The notes below the pieces were generated by a model. That model saw nothing but the letters and a program-made list of their open reading frames with translations, ran no database searches and was not told the origin of the DNA. 64,000 bases of DNA, from NCBI RefSeq assembly GCF_009914755.1, contig NC_060939.1; one strand, written 5' to 3'. The DNA is from the human T2T-CHM13v2.0 reference genome, Homo sapiens. This document shows positions 32,357 to 45,237 of this stretch, one piece after another. Within the stretch, counting starts at the first letter, position 1; the number at the start of each line of letters is the position of its first letter. A program made the translations under genes and the position numbers.

Positions 32357-32533
32357 AGAGCCAAGGTCCCGCTATGTTGCCCAGGCACAGTACCACTACC
32401 TATCTACCTGGGAGTTCTGACCTGATCCATTTCTGACCTGGGCCAGTTTACCCATCCTTAGGCAACCTGGTGGTCCCCCACTCCCAGGGCACCATATTGA
32501 TGCCGAACTCAGTGCGGACACCCCGTCGGCATA
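32357..32533 (-). pseudogene. 7SL (SRP RNA) retropseudogene, 5'-truncated, intronic
   Basis: S-domain match (minus GGGTGTCCGCACTGAGTTCGGCATCAATATGGTG...GGGGACCACCAGGTTGCCTAAGGA); T-rich tail 32333-32354; AGCTG(C/T)TCT flanks. Confidence 0.9.
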
Positions 32534-33254
32534 ATGACCAGCTGTTCTAAGGGTCTCTTCCAACTCCTCAATCCTATGCTGCTAACAGTCCCCTGCTCCT
32601 CCGAGGACTTTCTCCTCTTCCTGTGACTGGTCTCCCCCGTACCTTCCCCAGGGAGAGCCATGAGACTCAACTGGGCCTGTAGCTACTGGTTCTGCTTCCA
32701 GGCGCTCCTAAGGGGTCAGGAAAGAGAATGAGAAGGCATGGATGTTGCCAGGTCTCATCCCCCTCGGGGACCTGCCCTCAGCAACTCCCTTTCCTGGGTC
32801 TCCTGCAACTCTTGGCAGGCCATCTCTGCTACTCTTTTCTCTGGTGCTGCAGCTGGTCCACGAGCTGGATCTGCAGAAATAACTGCCTGTGCAGTGCCTC
32901 CTCCTCAGAGATCAGCTGCTGATAGTACTGCTGCAGAAGACCTCAGCACTGGTCTCCCCGCTGCGGCAGGCTCTGAGCCTCTTGGTTCTTCAGCTCCACC
33001 TGCAGGAAGACCCTGGGCGTGAGGGCAGGTGGTGGCTGGCTTCCAGATTCTGGGCCCAGAAATAGGGTAGCAAGGGTACTGTGGGACTCTGTCGCCTGCC
33101 CAGGCCCCTGGCCCCTTGCTCCAGGCCTAAGTGACTGCCTCCCTTGCGGAGAGCCCCATGCCTCCTTCCCCAGCCTCAAATCACACACCCATTTCCCACC
33201 ATTTAACCTGTAAGCCACAGGTGGAAAAGCAGAAGGAGCCAACCACCATCTGCT

Positions 33255-33430
33255 AAGTGTGCTACATGCCTAATGCTTTCCATGTATTATCTCATTTAAT
33301 TCTGAGCACCTCTGCGAGGAAAATGCTCATTTCCTTTTTAAGTGAAAGAAACCAAGACTTAGAGATGGAAAGTAGTTCAATGGTGAGCAGTGGAGCCGAG
33401 GCCAGAATTCAGTTTGAATCTAAGGAGCCT
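33255..33430 (-). mobile_element. MIR fragment
   Basis: TTATCTCATTTAAT...GAAACCAAGACTTAGAGA motif. Confidence 0.6.
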
Positions 33431-33829
33431 CTTATACCACTGTTTTTTCCCTGTGATTGGGGGTGCTCCATGTCTCTAGCTGGGACAATAGCCAGCTAGA
33501 GGATATTGGGAGGAGTCCAAGGCTATCCACCTCTAAAAGTCAGAGGGCAGGAAGCAAGAAACAGTCACGGCACGGCCCTGGAGGCTGCTAGGGTCACCTG
33601 TACCCCAGGCTGGAGCTGCCTCTGGCCTCCCACCTCCCTTCCCCAGAGGCTGATGCCCACCTCCCTGCCCTTCTTGAATTGGGCGGGGGTTACCATCTCC
33701 TTCAGCTCGCCCAGATACTTCTTCAGTTCGTGTTTCTGGGAGAGCGCGCGCCTGATGGTGGTACGGTCGTTCCGCACGGTATGCCTGAGCGCCTCCACCT
33801 GCTCCTCTCAAGGCTCGGCTTTCCACTCA

Positions 33830-34680
33830 AGCTCCAGCAGCCTCTCCTCTTGCTCCAGCATCCTCTCCTCTTGCTCCAGCAACCTCTTCCTGCTCTTGGT
33901 TCAGGCGACTCAAGCCCTCATTTTCTTGCACATGGGCTTAAAGCTGTCCTGTCAGATTCTCCAGCTCCTTCCGCAGGTGTTCAGCCTCTGCTTGTAGCTG
34001 CTGCTCCACCTCGGAGGGCCCTGCTGGGGGCTCCGGGAGTAGGGGTTCAGCTGAGAAAGGAAGCGGCCTTCCGCTTCTGCTCTAGCAGCCTCTCCTGCAG
34101 CTCCAGCAACCTCTCCTCTTGCTCCAGCAACCTCTCCTCTTGCTCCAACAACCTCTCGTCTTGTTCCAACAATCTCAGCAACCTCTTCCTGCTCTTCGTT
34201 CAGGCGACTCAAGCCCTCATTTTCTTCCACTTGGGCTTAAAGCTGTCCTGCCAGATTCTCCAGCTCCTTCCGCAGGTGTTCAGCCTCTGCTTGTAGCTGC
34301 TGTTCCACCTCGGAGGGCCCTGCTGGGGGCTCCGGGTAGGGGTTCAGCTGAGAAAGGAAGCGGCCTTCCGCTTCTGCTCTAGCAGGCTCTCCTGCAGCTC
34401 CAGTAGCCTCTCCTCTTGCTCCAGCAACCTCTCCTCTTGCTCCAGCAACCTCTCCTCTTGCTCCAGCAACTTCTCCTCTTGCTCCAACAACCTGAGCAAC
34501 CTCTTCCTGCTCTTGGTTCAGGTGACTCAAGCCCTCATTTTCTTCCACTTGGGCTTGAAGCTGTCCTGCCAGATTCTCCAGCTCCTTCCACAGGTGCTCA
34601 GCCTCTGCTTGTAGCTTCTGCTCCACTTCGGAGGGCCCTGCTGGAGGCTCCGGGGGCAGGGGTTCAGCTGAGAAAGGAAG
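33830..34680 (-). repeat. Tandem triplication of the '[12 protein letters not shown]' exon with nested 21-bp repeat
   Basis: GGGTTCAGCTGAGAAAGGAAGC recurs at ~34043, 34340 and 34660; CTCCAGCAACCTCTCCTCTTG units. Confidence 0.93.
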
Positions 34681-35793
34681 CCGACAATAAGGGCCTCTGG
34701 ATTCTCAAAAAAAACCCTCCTCTTGGTGCATAGCTCCTCTCAGGTTCCCCAGACTTGGCCTCCCTGCTAATAACTCCTCGCGCCCTGATGGTAGCCAATC
34801 TTCCAAGCCACTTTCAGGTACAGACAACTGTGGGTGGCTGACAACAGGCACTTTTTCCTCTTTGCTGATGGGGACATTGAGGCTCGTGGAGATGACAAGA
34901 CTTGCCGTCTCCTGGCACAGACCTCTTTCCCTCTGCCTCAAAGCCTTTCCATGCATCCACCTCCCTGGGGCATTCTCAGCCATCCCCACAGCCCTCTGAC
35001 GCCAGTCCTGCTCCCAGGTCACCCCAGCCCCAGCTTACCCACCTGGTTCCTTAGTTCAGCCAAGATCGTCTCCAGCTCCTGTACTCGACTCATGCTGTGC
35101 ACTCTCTCCTCCCTCAACGTGTGCACCTGCCCAAAGCACAGGGGGAAAGGGCCCTGCAGAGAGGGGCTGGCAGCTGGACAAGCTACCATCTCCCTCTCTG
35201 CCCCTACCTCCACAAAGCCCAGACCCATGACCACCTCTGGCTGTGCTCCTCCCATTTCACAGATGCCTGGAACAATCAAGTGACCTATCTACGGTGGGGG
35301 CTGAAGGGTCAGGTCTCACCTGCTCTGACATCTCCCGCATCCTCTGCCACCACATGGCACTCTCTCCATGCAGATACTCGGCATACTGCTCTCTCTCCAT
35401 TTGCAGATACTTCAGCCACTCCATCACCTGCAAGAATGGGCACAGAAGTTAGGAAGGGCTGTCTGGTCCTCACATGCTTCTGGCCCCCTGGGGTCACCTT
35501 CCTTCCACATCCCTCCCTCTGCAAAGCCTCACCTGCCCCAGGTGTGCTTCCAGCTGTGCCCGTTCGTCTGTGGGCTGCTGTAACTGCTGGTTAGCATCAG
35601 GGGCTTCACACCAGCTAGATAACTGAATGATGAAGAAAGAGAAGTTTCAATCTGAGGAGCCTGGGCTGTTCCACACAGTGCCCCTTAAAAGGGCTAGAGC
35701 TAGGTTCAATGTACAACTTGGTCAATAAAGATCTCTACTGTGAAGGTGCTTTCCTTTAGAAATAAAAAATTAGGTAATTTTAAAGAGATCTCA

Positions 35794-36090
35794 GGCCGGG
35801 GATGGTGGCCCATGCCTGTAATCCCAACACTTTGGGAGGCTGAGGTGGGTGGATTGCTTGAGCTCAGGAGTTAGAGACCAGCCTGGGCAACATGGCGAAG
35901 CCTTGTCTCTACAAATACAAAAATTACCCAGGCGTGGTGGCATGCGCCTATAGTCCCAGCTACTTGAGAGGCTGAGGCAGGAGGATTGCTTGAGCATGGA
36001 AGGCCGAAGGTTGCAATGAGCCGAGATCACGCCACTGCACTCCAGCCCAGGTGACAGAGCGAGACCCTGTCCCAAAACAAACAAACAAAT
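35794..36090 (+). mobile_element. Alu (paralog of 44929-45230)
   Basis: Same flanks (AGATCTCAGGCC / CTATTAT.ACCGTGGAATAG) in both blocks. Confidence 0.92.
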
Positions 36091-37437
36091 AAGAAATCTA
36101 CTCTCTATTATTACCGTGGAATAGTCGAAGTGTTGGCTTGAACCTCAGAAGGAAATAAACAGGCTCATGAGCTAGCCGTATAAGTGTAATCTATAAAATA
36201 ATGATTTTCATCTACGCTGCATTTAAAAAAAAAAATTTAAGCCCTAACCCTGAGATTCTGATTCCCCAGATCTATGGCAGGGCCCCAATCTGTAGATTTT
36301 TAGCAGTCTCTAGAGGATTCTATGGCAGGACCAGAACAAGGACTCAAATTTTCCAGCTCTTGGCTGGAGCCTTCCCATACCCCACCACCCCTAGGGCTGC
36401 AGCCTCTCACCTGTTGAAGCGTGAGCTCAGTGAGTTCCAGTTTCTTTTTCAGCTCCTCCAAGTCACACTGCATCCCTGCCTTGTCAATCAGTACAACTTG
36501 AAGCTGCTCTGCCAAAGCTGAGTTCTCCTGCTTCAGCTCCTTATTGCTGTTGCTACGGCCAGAGGCAGTAGAGAAAGGAATGAACAAAGAACAGAAAGGG
36601 CTGCTTTGGTGATCAGCCCTCTACCCTCACCCCACAACCACAGAACCATGGCACTGGAAGGGACCTCAGGAATCAAAAGTCACAGGTGGCGGGCCAGAGA
36701 GAAGACATGAGTTCCCCAAGGCTATCCCATGAGTCAGAGGCACAGCTGGCCCTAAAGCGTAGCCTGTGCACGCATTCAAACCTGTGTGACCACGTCACCA
36801 TGCTCACATGCAGCCCTTCCACCTCCCAGCACATCACCCACACTAAGGGCCCCACACCTCCCATCCCACCCTCCCCCGTCCTACCTGTTATTGTATAACT
36901 CCAGCCTGAGGGCATCGCTGTCTCTGGTTAACTGGTTGTTGTACTGAAAATACAGAAAGGTGAAGTCAGGATACAGCAGGCAGAGAAGCAGCTGGCAGAC
37001 TAGGAACGACAGCTACAGTGACTATTCCACAGTAACACTTCCTCACTCTCAATCACGCCTGACATGTTTGCAAGGCATTTCCAAGCCCACAGTCTCATTT
37101 GTTTCTCAAATAACTCAGTAAGGGTGGAAGGGACAGGGAAAGAGATCGAATTTACAGCTGGCTACCAGAGGCCCAGAGAAAAAAGAGAATATTACTATTG
37201 TTATTACCGTTATGACTGCCATTGTTGGAACCTTTATTGAGTGCTTCACCAGGCACCATGCTAACAATCCCATTTAATCCTCACAACCACCATAGGAGAC
37301 AGTTACTATTATCACCTCTATTGTGTCGTTGAAAAACATGGGGTATTAGAGGTTAAGTGCTTGTCTAAGATCATTCAGACAGAGCTGGGATTTGAACACC
37401 CAGGTATATCTGATTCTCTAAGCCCATTTTTTCGCTG

Positions 37438-37789
37438 TGAGGCAGGAAAATAGGATCTGGAGGCAGGGAACATAAGGCCTGTTCACACTTCAGCTATAAC
37501 AGGAAATATCCTCTCTATGGGGCCTATGGCTAAATGACTTTGTAACTTTACTTCATCCTCTCCATTTACATAGGGCATACCCCAAGTAACCAATGGAATC
37601 CTCTAGGGGGTAAACTCCCAAAAATTCTGTAATGGTGCCTTTGAGCCCTTATGCTCGGGTGCGCTCCCACACTGTGGAGTGTGCTTTCAGTTTCAGTAAG
37701 TCCTTTCATTCCTTCCTCGCTTTGTTTGTGCATTTTGTCCAGTTCTTTGTTCAAGACGTCAAGAAGCTGGACACCCTCCACTTTTAACA
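37438..37789 (+). mobile_element. MER61-like ERV1 solo LTR
   Basis: TGAGGCAGGAAAATAGG...TTAACA; 4-bp TSD GCTG; absent from block A paralog (~46620). Confidence 0.8.
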
Positions 37790-40700
37790 GCTGGGGGTGG
37801 GGGCACAGATGGAAAGGGGGATAATCTTGTGTTCAGTTTTTGAAGGGTACATTCTCATAGTCCAAAACTCAGAAAATACAGAAGGGAAATATCTCCCAGC
37901 CACCCTGGTCCTTTCTCCTGAGTTTTTTACAAATCCTTGCAGACATGTTTTATGTATATTATCATAGTACACACACACACGTGTTCCCTCTCTCTGCACA
38001 AATGTTAACATACTAAAGATACTCTTCTGTACCTTCACAGTGCAAGTACCATATCTCCCACCTAGGACTTGACCAAGGCCACAGCCAGGTAAGGGCAGGG
38101 TAGGCACTTGGCCTCCGAGCTCTGCATCCAGTGCTCGCTCCCCACAGCACCCCCCAACTCACCCACAGCAGCCGACACAGCCCCAGGCTGACTCTAACAA
38201 GCACGCACAAAAGCAGCGAGAAATGGCCCATGCTGCTTTCTGGGCAGGACACTCCATCCCGCAGAAGGGACCTAAAGGTCCCTCACTCCTCCATCTGGAA
38301 AGCCGGGCTGCCAGGGTATGGGGCAGGCGGTTGGACTCACCCTATCTGCCTTCCTCTGCTCCTGCTCCAACTCTCCCACATGCTGCCAGGAATACAGCAG
38401 ATGGCTGGCCAGATCCTCGGCCTCTTCTAGAATGAGAGAGGTTGAGATGGGGCCCAAAGGACTCCCCCTAAAGGCCTGTCAAAGCACCAGGTTGAAGGAT
38501 GACGGGTGCCCAGATTCCCACATTCAAACTGCCTGGCAGCACGTTCATTGTGATACAGTGTTGTCTTCAATTCTGCTTTCTCAAACATCAAGACTCTAAT
38601 TATCTGAATTGAACCTTTAGGAGAAAAGCCAAGCAAATGCTGAAAGAGGAGGAAAGCAACATTCTCCAGAGGACAGGAGGGAACTTCACACCCTCCACTC
38701 ACCTGTAATTGCCTCTTTAGGGCTCCCCGGTTTTGCTGGCTTTCTTGCTTTTCCTATAGGAAGAGGAAGACAGAGCTCTTACTAGGGGGAGGCAGAGATG
38801 GCACAGCAAGGGACATGCCCCTAGAATGCCACCAATGCCCCAGGACAGGCCCACCCATGGGACCAGGTTATCAGGGACCCTGTGGGGATGAGGTGGAATC
38901 TGGGGAGTGAGCCTTTTTCCCCAGGCTGGGGGTGGGCAAGACGAGACTGGGGCCTCTACATCTGAGTGCCCCCCAAACCCAGCAGTCATGCCGTGAGCAA
39001 ACAAATCATTTCTTCTAGTTGCTTGACAAGTTTTTGGTTGTGCTGTTTCTGCGGGGAGAGTCAAAGGAAGGTGACCAAGGATGGCCCCCTCCACTCTATT
39101 CCCCAGACCAGGAAGCGGTAGACAGGGGCCAGAAATGGATTTTAAAGGCAAAGTTCTCAGACCCACTAGGACCATGAACTGGTAAACTCTCCTCAAGCTC
39201 CCAAGGACAGAGGATTTGGGTCTTTGTTGGTTTTGGCCCACGGCCACAGAACTGAAAGTCCGAATCTGGATTCTCCCGAAAGGACAGTAACATAAACCTT
39301 TAGAGATGGAGTCTGAGAAAAGCTCACCCTTCTACCAGCTTGTGATTTAGAAAGGTGCATTCACTCAACAAACATTGACTGAGCACATACAGGCCAGGTA
39401 TGGTTCTTCATAGCAGAGATGTAGGACAGAAAAGGACAGACAGGATCCCTTGGCCCTGAGGCTTACATTCTACTGGACCTTTAAATCGTGGACTCTCAGA
39501 GCTAACAGAGACTTTTGATACTTTCTAACTCTACCTCCTCGGGAAACACAAGCCCAAGGAGGAGAGGTGGCTTGCCCAGAATCAAAGAGCAAATTAGGGC
39601 CTGAGTCAGAGTGGAAATACGGGGCTCCTGACAACCAATCAGGCCAGTGCTTCCCTGAGAAGCCACAACCCCAGGACATGTGTGGCAAGGGCTGGAGCAT
39701 GGGTATCTGAAGAAGAGACAGTAGGCAAAGAGGGCAGCAACAGAAGAGCCATGATGCATGCTCCGTGCTCTGGGGTCCCTCTAGCTGAGGCCTCGGCCCC
39801 CCTGCTCCCCATTTGCCCTTGGCATCAGGGACCCTCAGCCCTTTCTTCAGGGCCCCAAGGGGAAACTGGAGCCCAGGACTTGCAGCGTGGAATTGGTGGA
39901 CCCCATTGAACTCTTACCAATGACTCGATGGTTTTATTCCGTCGACTGATTGTTATATAACTCGAGTCCAGGGCGACTGTTACCTCTTGGTATCTGCTCT
40001 GAGGCACGTGAAGAGAGGAGGAGTTGGAGGAGGATCGAGGGGAGAGGTAGAGAGAGCAATCATTAGGGTTGGGGGGAGGGTGTGAGAGGTCTCAGATGGC
40101 AGAGGGGCACCCAGCCCCCACTGTGGGAGGAGGTTGGAGGGCTGGCCTGCAGGGTCACTGGGTCATGGCCCAGGGCCTCTTACTTCCAGATCCTTCAGGG
40201 TAGCGGATGATCCAGAGCCCTCCGCACAGATACCTGTTGCTGACTACAAGAGATGAGAGTGCGCATGGAAATCTTCTGTCCCCTCCATGTCTAAGCCCTC
40301 TGACTTCCTTTCTTCCCCAGCAACTGACAACATTTTCTTTTCTGCCTAACTTGGACCCTTCATCCCATAACCTCTTTGTGCCAACTTCTCTCATGGTTTT
40401 TATCTCCCCACCATCCCTTCCTCCCAAGCAGCTCTCATCTGGTGTTTCTACAGTAGGATAAAATGATGTAACCAGCCACGGGGTACAACTCCTTCATGTG
40501 AACAGCCTCAAGGAAGAAGCCTCAGGGAAGAGGCAACTTCCTCAACATGGCCCAGCAAATCGGCCAGTCCCAGGATCTTTCCTCTCTCTGGTGATTCCTG
40601 CCTCAGTTTCTTTCTATCATACTTTCCTTTCCCCCGCACTCCCCTCAATTTCTGAAGTTCCTCAGAAACAACGCCATTGAGCTGTTGGGAGAGTTGTTGC

Positions 40701-43700
40701 AGGCTCTCGGTTAATGAGAAGGTCCTAAGGGCAGAGACACAGGCGTCAGGGGTGCAGGTGGCTCAATGGGAAAGAAGGTGTTAGACAGTGGCCTCCCTGA
40801 CTCCCTCAGCCTAGAGACTGCTGCCCTGATAAGAGACACTCACTTGCTTTCATCCATGAGATTGGGGCTAGCATGATGATTCTGTGTGGGAAGAAACATA
40901 TGAGATGGTCATTCAATTTCTGTAAGAATCACCGAGGACAGGTGAGCCAAGTTCCCAAGCTCATTCCAACAATATTCTATCTCCCCAAACCTCAAGGAAA
41001 AGCCCAGTCTCAGCCTTCCCCCAGCCCAGTCCCCAGGAAGGGCACCTGGCCCTAGGGAACAAACTACTTGTGAAAAGAGAAGAGAATCCATAGTAGGTAC
41101 AGGAGGGCAGTGGGCAGAGGAGGAGGAAGCATGAACCTGAGGTGCCGCTATGCTAGCAAGACTGGCACCAGGGCAAGGGACACCACCAGGTAACACGGTG
41201 TCATTGGCAGGTGGCTAGACAGATGCAGCATTGTCTTTGGCGTCTGTCACAGAACAAAGCAGGGCATTAGGGGGCCATGCAGGAGAGAAGGTGCCTCAGT
41301 GGCATGGACACAAGAGTGTGGAACAGGTATGACAGATACTCACGCAATGACAGTGACAGTCATGCATGCTTGGAGCCACTCGGGGGTGTGGATATGGTTT
41401 GCCCAGGCCTTGGGCTGCTAGGCAGCATTTTGAATGGCCAAAGCTCAAAGCAGGGGCTGCACGGCCTCCTTCATGAATACATGAGGACCTCGCTCCCCCT
41501 GGAGTTCAGCAAAAGACAGCAGCAGGTTCTGACCTGTGGCAGCCACAGCAGGCTGGAGGAAGGTGTACCAAAGTCAGGGAAGAGAAAGGCACTGTTCTTC
41601 CAGACGGCCAGTCTGTGCCACAGAGTGACCCTAACTGGGCCCCTCCTGGGCAGAGGACAGTGATGAGGAAGTAGTAGTCTGGGCAATGTACAATGTAGCT
41701 GCCTCTCTCTTCTCTCTTCCCTTCTCCCTTGCAGTGGCATAATCAGCAGGGGCTACCATCTCCTACAGCTCGCCCAGCTTCTCCTGCAGCTCCTCCTTGA
41801 CATGCTGCTCAGACTAAAGTGCGTTGTTGATCTCCATATTCTCACTGTTCTGGACAGAGAGAAGCAATCACGCCACCCACTGCAGCTGGAGACCGCAGAA
41901 CTTGGTGTCTGCCTCCCATGGCGCCGGGAAGGATGGAGGCAGATTAGAAAAATGATCCCCTCTCCCCCATAGCCATCAAACCAGGGCTCTGGCTCACAGG
42001 TCCCTTCAGAAGTGCCACTTCACATGAGGGCTACACTGCCCCACTTAACAGATGGGGAAACAAAGGCCTAGAGGGCTAGGGAGGAGGGCAGTCTCCCCAG
42101 GTGGGATGCACCAGTTTTACAAAGCTGCTCTCTGTAGCTGCTCCTTGAGCTCAGGGTTCTGGGAGAGTGTGGGGCTGATGGTGGTGAGGTCATTTTGCAC
42201 GGTCCCCAGGGTTTGCCTGCATACCTCCGCCTGCTCCCCTCAGAGCTCAGCCACCCGCCCCAGCTCCAGCAGCCTCTCCTCCTGCTCCCAGTTCAGGCAT
42301 TTCAAGTCCTCATTGTCTTGCATGTGGGCCCACTGGAGCTGTCCTGCTAGACTTTCCAGCTCCTCCCACAGGTGCTCAGCCTCTGCCTGTAGCTGCTGCT
42401 GCAGCTGCAGACCCCAGAACTTGGTGTCTGCCTCCCACGGCACTGGGAAGGATGGAGGCAGATTAGAAAAATCATCGCCTCTCATCCACAGCCATCAAAG
42501 CAGGGCTCTGGCTCACAGGTCCCCTCAGAAGTGCCGCTTCACATGAGGGCTGCGCCCCCTGCTGGGGGCTCCAGGGGTGGGATTCAGCTGAGAAAGGAAG
42601 CAGACAATAACGGCCTCTGGATTCTCAAAAACACCCTCCTCTTGGTACACAGCTCCTCTCGGGCTCCCCAGACTTGGCCTCCCTGCTAATGATTCTCAAA
42701 AAAACCCTCTGCATTCTCAAAAAAAAAAAAACCCTCCTCTTGATCCACTGCACCCCTCAGGCTCCCCAAACTTGGCCTCCCTGCTAATGATTCCTTGCAC
42801 CCTGATGGTAGCCAATCTTCCAAGCCACTTTCAGATAGAGACAACTGTGGGTGGCTGACAACACACACTTTTTCCTCTTTGCTGATGGGGACATTGAGGC
42901 TCATGACGATTACAAGACTTGCCGCCTCCTGGCACAGACCTCTTTCCCTCTGCCTCAAAGCCTTTCCATGCATCCACCTCTCTGGCATTCTAAGCCATCC
43001 CCACAGCCCTCTGATGCCAGTCCTGCTCCCAGGTCACCCCAGCCCCAGCTTACCCATCTGGTTCCTTAGTTCAGCCAAGATCGTCTCCAGCTCCTGTACT
43101 CGACTCATGCTATGCACCGTCTCCTCCCTCAACGCGTGCACCTGCCCAAAGCACAGGGGGAAAGGGCCCTGCAGAGAGGGGCTGGCAGCTGGACAAGCTA
43201 CCATCTCCCTCTCTGCCCCTACCTCCACAAAGCCCAGACCCATGACCACCTCTGGCTGTGCTCCTCCCATTTCACAGATGCCTGGAACAATCAAGTGACC
43301 TATCTACGGTGGGGGCTGAAGGGTCAGGTCTCACCTGCTCTGACATCTCCCGCATCCTCTGCCACCACAAGGCGCTCTCTCCTTTCAGATTCTCAGCGTG
43401 TTGATCTTTCTCCATCTGTAGTTGTTTCAGTGACCCCATTACCTGCAAGAATGGGCACAGAAGTTAGGAAGGGCTGTCACTGGTCCTCACACGCTCCTGG
43501 CCACCTGGGGTCATCTTCCTTCCACATCCCTCCCTCTGCAAAGCCTCACCTGCCCCAGGTGTACTTCCAGCTGTGCCCGCTCCTCCATGGCCTGCTGTAA
43601 CTGCTGGTTAGCATCAAGGGCTTCATAACCAGCTTCAACTCCTCCATCTGGGAAGCTGGGCTGCCAGGGGATGAGGGAGGCTGTAGGACTCACACTGTCC

Positions 43701-44688
43701 ATGTTCTTCTGCTGCGTGCAGAGAGCAAAGAGAGTTCGTTCCAATTCTCCCGTAAACTGCTGGGAATACTGCAGGCAGCTGGCCAGATCTGTGGACTCTT
43801 CTGAAATGAGAGAGGTTGAGATGGGGCCCAAAGGACTACCCCTAAAATCCTGTCAAAGCAGCAGGTTGAAGGATGACGGGTGCCCAGATTCCCACCTTCA
43901 AACTGCCTGGCAGCAGCACGTTCAGTGTGATACAGTGCTGTCTTCATTTCTGCTTTCTCAAACATCAAGATTCCAATTGTCTGATTTGAACTTTTGGGAG
44001 AAAAGCCGAGCAGATGCTGAAAGAGAAGGAAAGCAACATTCTCCAGAGGACAGGAGGGAACTTCACACCCTCCACTCACCTCTAACTGCCTCTTTAGGGC
44101 TCTCCCTGGTTTTGCTGGCTTTCTTGCTTTTCCTATAGGAAGAGGAAGACACAGCTCTTACTGGGGGAGGCAGAGATGGCACAGCAAGGGACATGCCCCC
44201 AGAATGCCACCAATGCCCCAGGACAGGCCCACCCATGGGACCAGGTTATCAGGGACCCTGTGGGGATGAGGTGGAACCTGGGGGGTGAGCCTTCTTCCCA
44301 GGCTGGGGGTCAGCAAGACGAGACTAGCACCTCTACATCTGAGTGCCCCCCAAACCCAGCAGTCATGCTGTGAGCAAAGAAATTACATTACTAGTGTGAT
44401 TCTAGTTGATCCACAATTTCCTGGTTGTGCTGTTTCCTTGGGAGAGTCAAAGGAAGGTGACCAAGGGTGGCCCCCTCCACTCTATTCCCCAGGCCATGAA
44501 GCAGTAGGCAGGGGCCAGGAGTGGATTTTAAAGGCAAAGTTATCAGACCCACTAGGACCATGAACTGGTAAACTCTCCTCAAGCTCCCAAGGACAGAGGA
44601 TTTGGGACTTTGTTGGTTTTGGCCCACAGCCACAGAACTGAAAGTCTGAATCTGGATTCTCTCAAAAGGACAGTAACATAAAGCTCTA

Positions 44689-44760
44689 TGAGGCAGGAAA
44701 ATGAGGTCTGGAGGCAGGGAATCTAAGACTGTTTCGCGCTGATTTCCTAGAATCAAATTG
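44689..44760 (+). mobile_element. Truncated copy of the MER51-like LTR 5' end
   Basis: Matches 48921-48990, then switches to GOLGA intron. Confidence 0.85.
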
Positions 44761-44907
44761 AATGGTAAAGAGTGAGAAGTTCAGATCTGGGGATCCTGGG
44801 CCATTCCACACAGTGCCCTTTAAAAGGTCTAGAGCTGGGCTCAATGTACAACTTGGTCAATAAAGATCTCTACTGTGAAGTTGCTTTGCTTTAGAAATAA
44901 AATATTA

Positions 44908-45237
<330 letters not shown>

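Larger units (their letters stand above)
29755..41744 (-). pseudogene. GOLGA block B: from the 'TPKDNAA' exon to the stop and 3'UTR
   Basis: Approximate exons: 41136-41243, 40845-40883, 40660-40726, 40185-40232, 39918-39998, 38703-38753, 38522-38614, 38341-38427, 36884-36943, 36411-36558, 35533-35615, 35319-35427, 35043-35127, 33700-34668, 32794-32999, 31637-31855, 31460-31555, 31275-31378, 31045-31192, 30763-30958. Confidence 0.88.

Noticed and set aside
33679-34296. 205-aa plus-strand Leu/Gln-rich ORF and overlapping ORFs
   Set aside because: Antisense shadow of the GOLGA coiled-coil repeat exons.
37438-37789. p53 site in the MER61-like LTR
   Set aside because: Only a degenerate half-site (GGGCATACCC) is visible; no full consensus.
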